Assembly: GCA_038245295.1 (NCBI GenBank)
Contig: JBBRSP010000001.1
Location: 256,001-320,000 of the forward strand
DNA length: 64,000 nucleotides
From: Candidatus Binatia bacterium
Lineage (GTDB): Bacteria > Desulfobacterota > Binatia > HRBIN30
Direction: 5' to 3'
Numbering within the stretch: the stretch's first letter is position 1; each line of letters starts with the position of its first letter. Shown piece by piece: positions 62,106-64,000 of this stretch. A program made the translations under genes and the position numbers. Below the pieces are notes generated by a model that was not told the DNA's origin, did not search any database, and was given only the letters and a program-made list of their open reading frames with translations.

Positions 62106-63223
62106 CAGATGTATCGGAAGATGATCGTGAATATCGCGTCGGCGAGGATGATCAAGAATATCGCCGCGACGATGGCTGAGGTCGTGATGCGCCCAACGCT
62201 CTCGGCCCCGCTGGTCGCTTCGAAGCCGCGCAGGCAGCCGACGCCGGCGATCAAGATGGCGAACACGACGCTTTTGATCAGGCCGGAGATGACGTCCCAA
62301 CTGCTCAGGGCCCACTGTGTCTGTCGCAGATACACGACGGCTGGCATCCTCATGATCGTCGTGGCGACGAAGATGCCGCCCAGGATGCCGACGAAGTCGG
62401 CGATGATCGTCAGACATGGCTGCATGATGAGTAGAGCGAGGACTTTTGGCGTGACCAGAAAACGGGTCCGGTCGAACCCCATCGTCGTCAACGCGTCAAC
62501 TTCCTCGGAGACCTTCATCGTGCCGATCTCGGCGGCGAAGGCGGCTCCGGAGCGACCGGCGCTGATGATGGCTGTCATCAGCGGGCCCAGCTCGCGCACC
62601 ATCGAGAGGCCGACGAGATTGGCGATATAGATGTCAGCGCCGAATTGTTTGAGCTGGGTGGCTGCCTGCAGGCCGGTGATCACACCCATCAGGAAACTGA
62701 TGAGGGACACGATCGGCACACCGTCGAGCCCGGCGCGCTCCATGTAGAGCCAGGTCTCGCGCCAGCGGATACGGTGTGGCTGCTTGATGGCGTCGCGTAA
62801 GCCGAGGATGACTTCGCCGGTGAAAACCATGAGGTGACGTAGGTCGGTGAGTAGCTCGATCGCCGACGAGCCCAACCCGGCGACCAGGCCGTCGGTTTTC
62901 TCGTGTGCCGGCGCCGCCTCCATGGCGGTGTCAGCCACGAGTTTCAGAAATCCGTCGATCGCCGGGGTCGACTTGCTGATTTCCAACTCGACGCCGCGCT
63001 CGTGGAGAAGGCGTTTGATCTCGAGCAGCACCGCACCGCCACCGCTGTCGAAGTAAGTCACTTGCGACAGGTCCAGGGCAACGTTGCGTTTTGCCGGCGT
63101 GCTGAGTTGGCTCAACTCGGATAGGAAATCCTGTGAGCTACCCGTATCGACGCGTCCCGAGATCGCCAGGGCGACGCTGTCGGGGCCCGCGCCGAGCGCA
63201 TGAATTTCGTAACCGGCGGCCAT
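62105..63223 (-). CDS. MlaE-family permease with N-terminal STAS domain
   Basis: LDLSQVTYFDSGG (STAS), RELGPLMTAII, GRSGAAFAAEIGTMKVSEEVDAL. Confidence 0.92.
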   Translation of the reverse strand: MAAGYEIHALGAGPDSVALAISGRVDTGSSQDFLSELSQLSTPAKRNVALDLSQVTYFDSGGGAVLLEIKRLLHERGVELEISKSTPAIDGFLKLVADTAMEAAPAHEKTDGLVAGLGSSAIELLTDLRHLMVFTGEVILGLRDAIKQPHRIRWRETWLYMERAGLDGVPIVSLISFLMGVITGLQAATQLKQFGADIYIANLVGLSMVRELGPLMTAIISAGRSGAAFAAEIGTMKVSEEVDALTTMGFDRTRFLVTPKVLALLIMQPCLTIIADFVGILGGIFVATTIMRMPAVVYLRQTQWALSSWDVISGLIKSVVFAILIAGVGCLRGFEATSGAESVGRITTSAIVAAIFLIILADAIFTIIFRYI

Positions 63224-63335
63224 TGGACTCGTGTGTAGCACTGAAAGGCGACGTCGCGAATGCGTTGATCGTGGCATGCCGCGACTAGGCCGGCAGGTGT
63301 TGCACCAAAGTTGGCCCTGGGCGAGAGGACGATCC

Positions 63336-64000
63336 ATGAACAAGGCTGCTGTCGATCCGGCAACGGAGATCTCGCATGAGTTTGTCCAGGCCAACGGGCT
63401 GCGCTTCCACGTCGCCAGCTGCGGCGCTGGTGATCGCTTGGCGCTCTTCCTGCACGGATTTCCCGAGTGCTGGTACTCGTGGCGGGCGCAGATGCCGGCC
63501 CTGGCGAGTCTCGGCTATCGCGTCTGGGCTCCCGATCTGCGCGGCTACGGTCAGACTGATCGGCCGCCTCATCGTGAGGACTATGCCATCGAAACGTTGA
63601 TGGAGGATGTGGGCGCCTTGATCGACGCGTCCGGTGCCCGCGAGACGGTGTTGCTGGCGCACGATTGGGGCGGCGTTATCGCCTGGTACTTTGCGACCCG
63701 GAAGGTGCGGCCCTTACAACGGCTGGTGGTGATGAACTTGCCGCATCCGCAGGTGATGCAGGAGCACCTCTTGCCGCGACAGATCTTCCGTTCGTGGTAT
63801 GCCCTGTTCTTCCAGCTTCCGCGCCTACCGGAAATGGCGATGCGGGCGCGAAACTACCATGCGGTGCGTGCGGCCTTCCTTAATATGGCGATCGACAAGA
63901 GTCGCTTTCCGAGGGAGCTGCTTCAGTTCTACTGCGACGAGGCGGCGCGTCCGGGTGCCCTGACGGCGATGTTCAACTACTACCGCGCCCTCATCCGCGG
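63336..64000 (+). CDS. alpha/beta-fold (epoxide hydrolase-like) hydrolase, runs off the window end
   Basis: manual translation MNKAAVDP..LHGFPECWYSWR..PDLRGYG..AHDWGG; absent from the ORF track because there is no stop. Confidence 0.9.
   Translation, partial: MNKAAVDPATEISHEFVQANGLRFHVASCGAGDRLALFLHGFPECWYSWRAQMPALASLGYRVWAPDLRGYGQTDRPPHREDYAIETLMEDVGALIDASGARETVLLAHDWGGVIAWYFATRKVRPLQRLVVMNLPHPQVMQEHLLPRQIFRSWYALFFQLPRLPEMAMRARNYHAVRAAFLNMAIDKSRFPRELLQFYCDEAARPGALTAMFNYYRALIR

Overview
A GC-rich, gene-dense chromosomal window from a diderm bacterium (OmpA and an MCE/Mla-type ABC system are present). The gene mix suggests Candidatus Binatia/Binatota or a related deltaproteobacterial lineage; this placement is inference only. 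Housekeeping genes (coaD, rsmD, sucC, mdh, UvrD-type helicase, infC, purN, argJ, secA, murI) are interleaved with lipid and redox catabolic enzymes, secreted multidomain proteins, GT2 glycosyltransferases and two TMTC-like membrane proteins. I see no rRNA, tRNA, CRISPR array, prophage or intact transposase. The most interesting signals are: (1) a candidate sigma54-dependent three-stem-loop RNA of about 110 nt upstream of ompA, whose main loop is an anti-Shine-Dalgarno sequence; (2) a sigma54-driven pair of related single-TM microproteins ending in a hairpin with the same CCCCCUC loop core, close to a kinase/NtrC-type activator pair; (3) a 1205-aa SecA with a ~260-aa helical insertion; (4) a GT2/unknown/SPL-like radical SAM module that appears to lack the SPL catalytic Cys; (5) an apparently unnamed domain shared by two secreted proteins; (6) three dispersed octamer tandem arrays. 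All calls come from motif recognition by eye, with no database searches, and several starts were adjusted from the ORF track.
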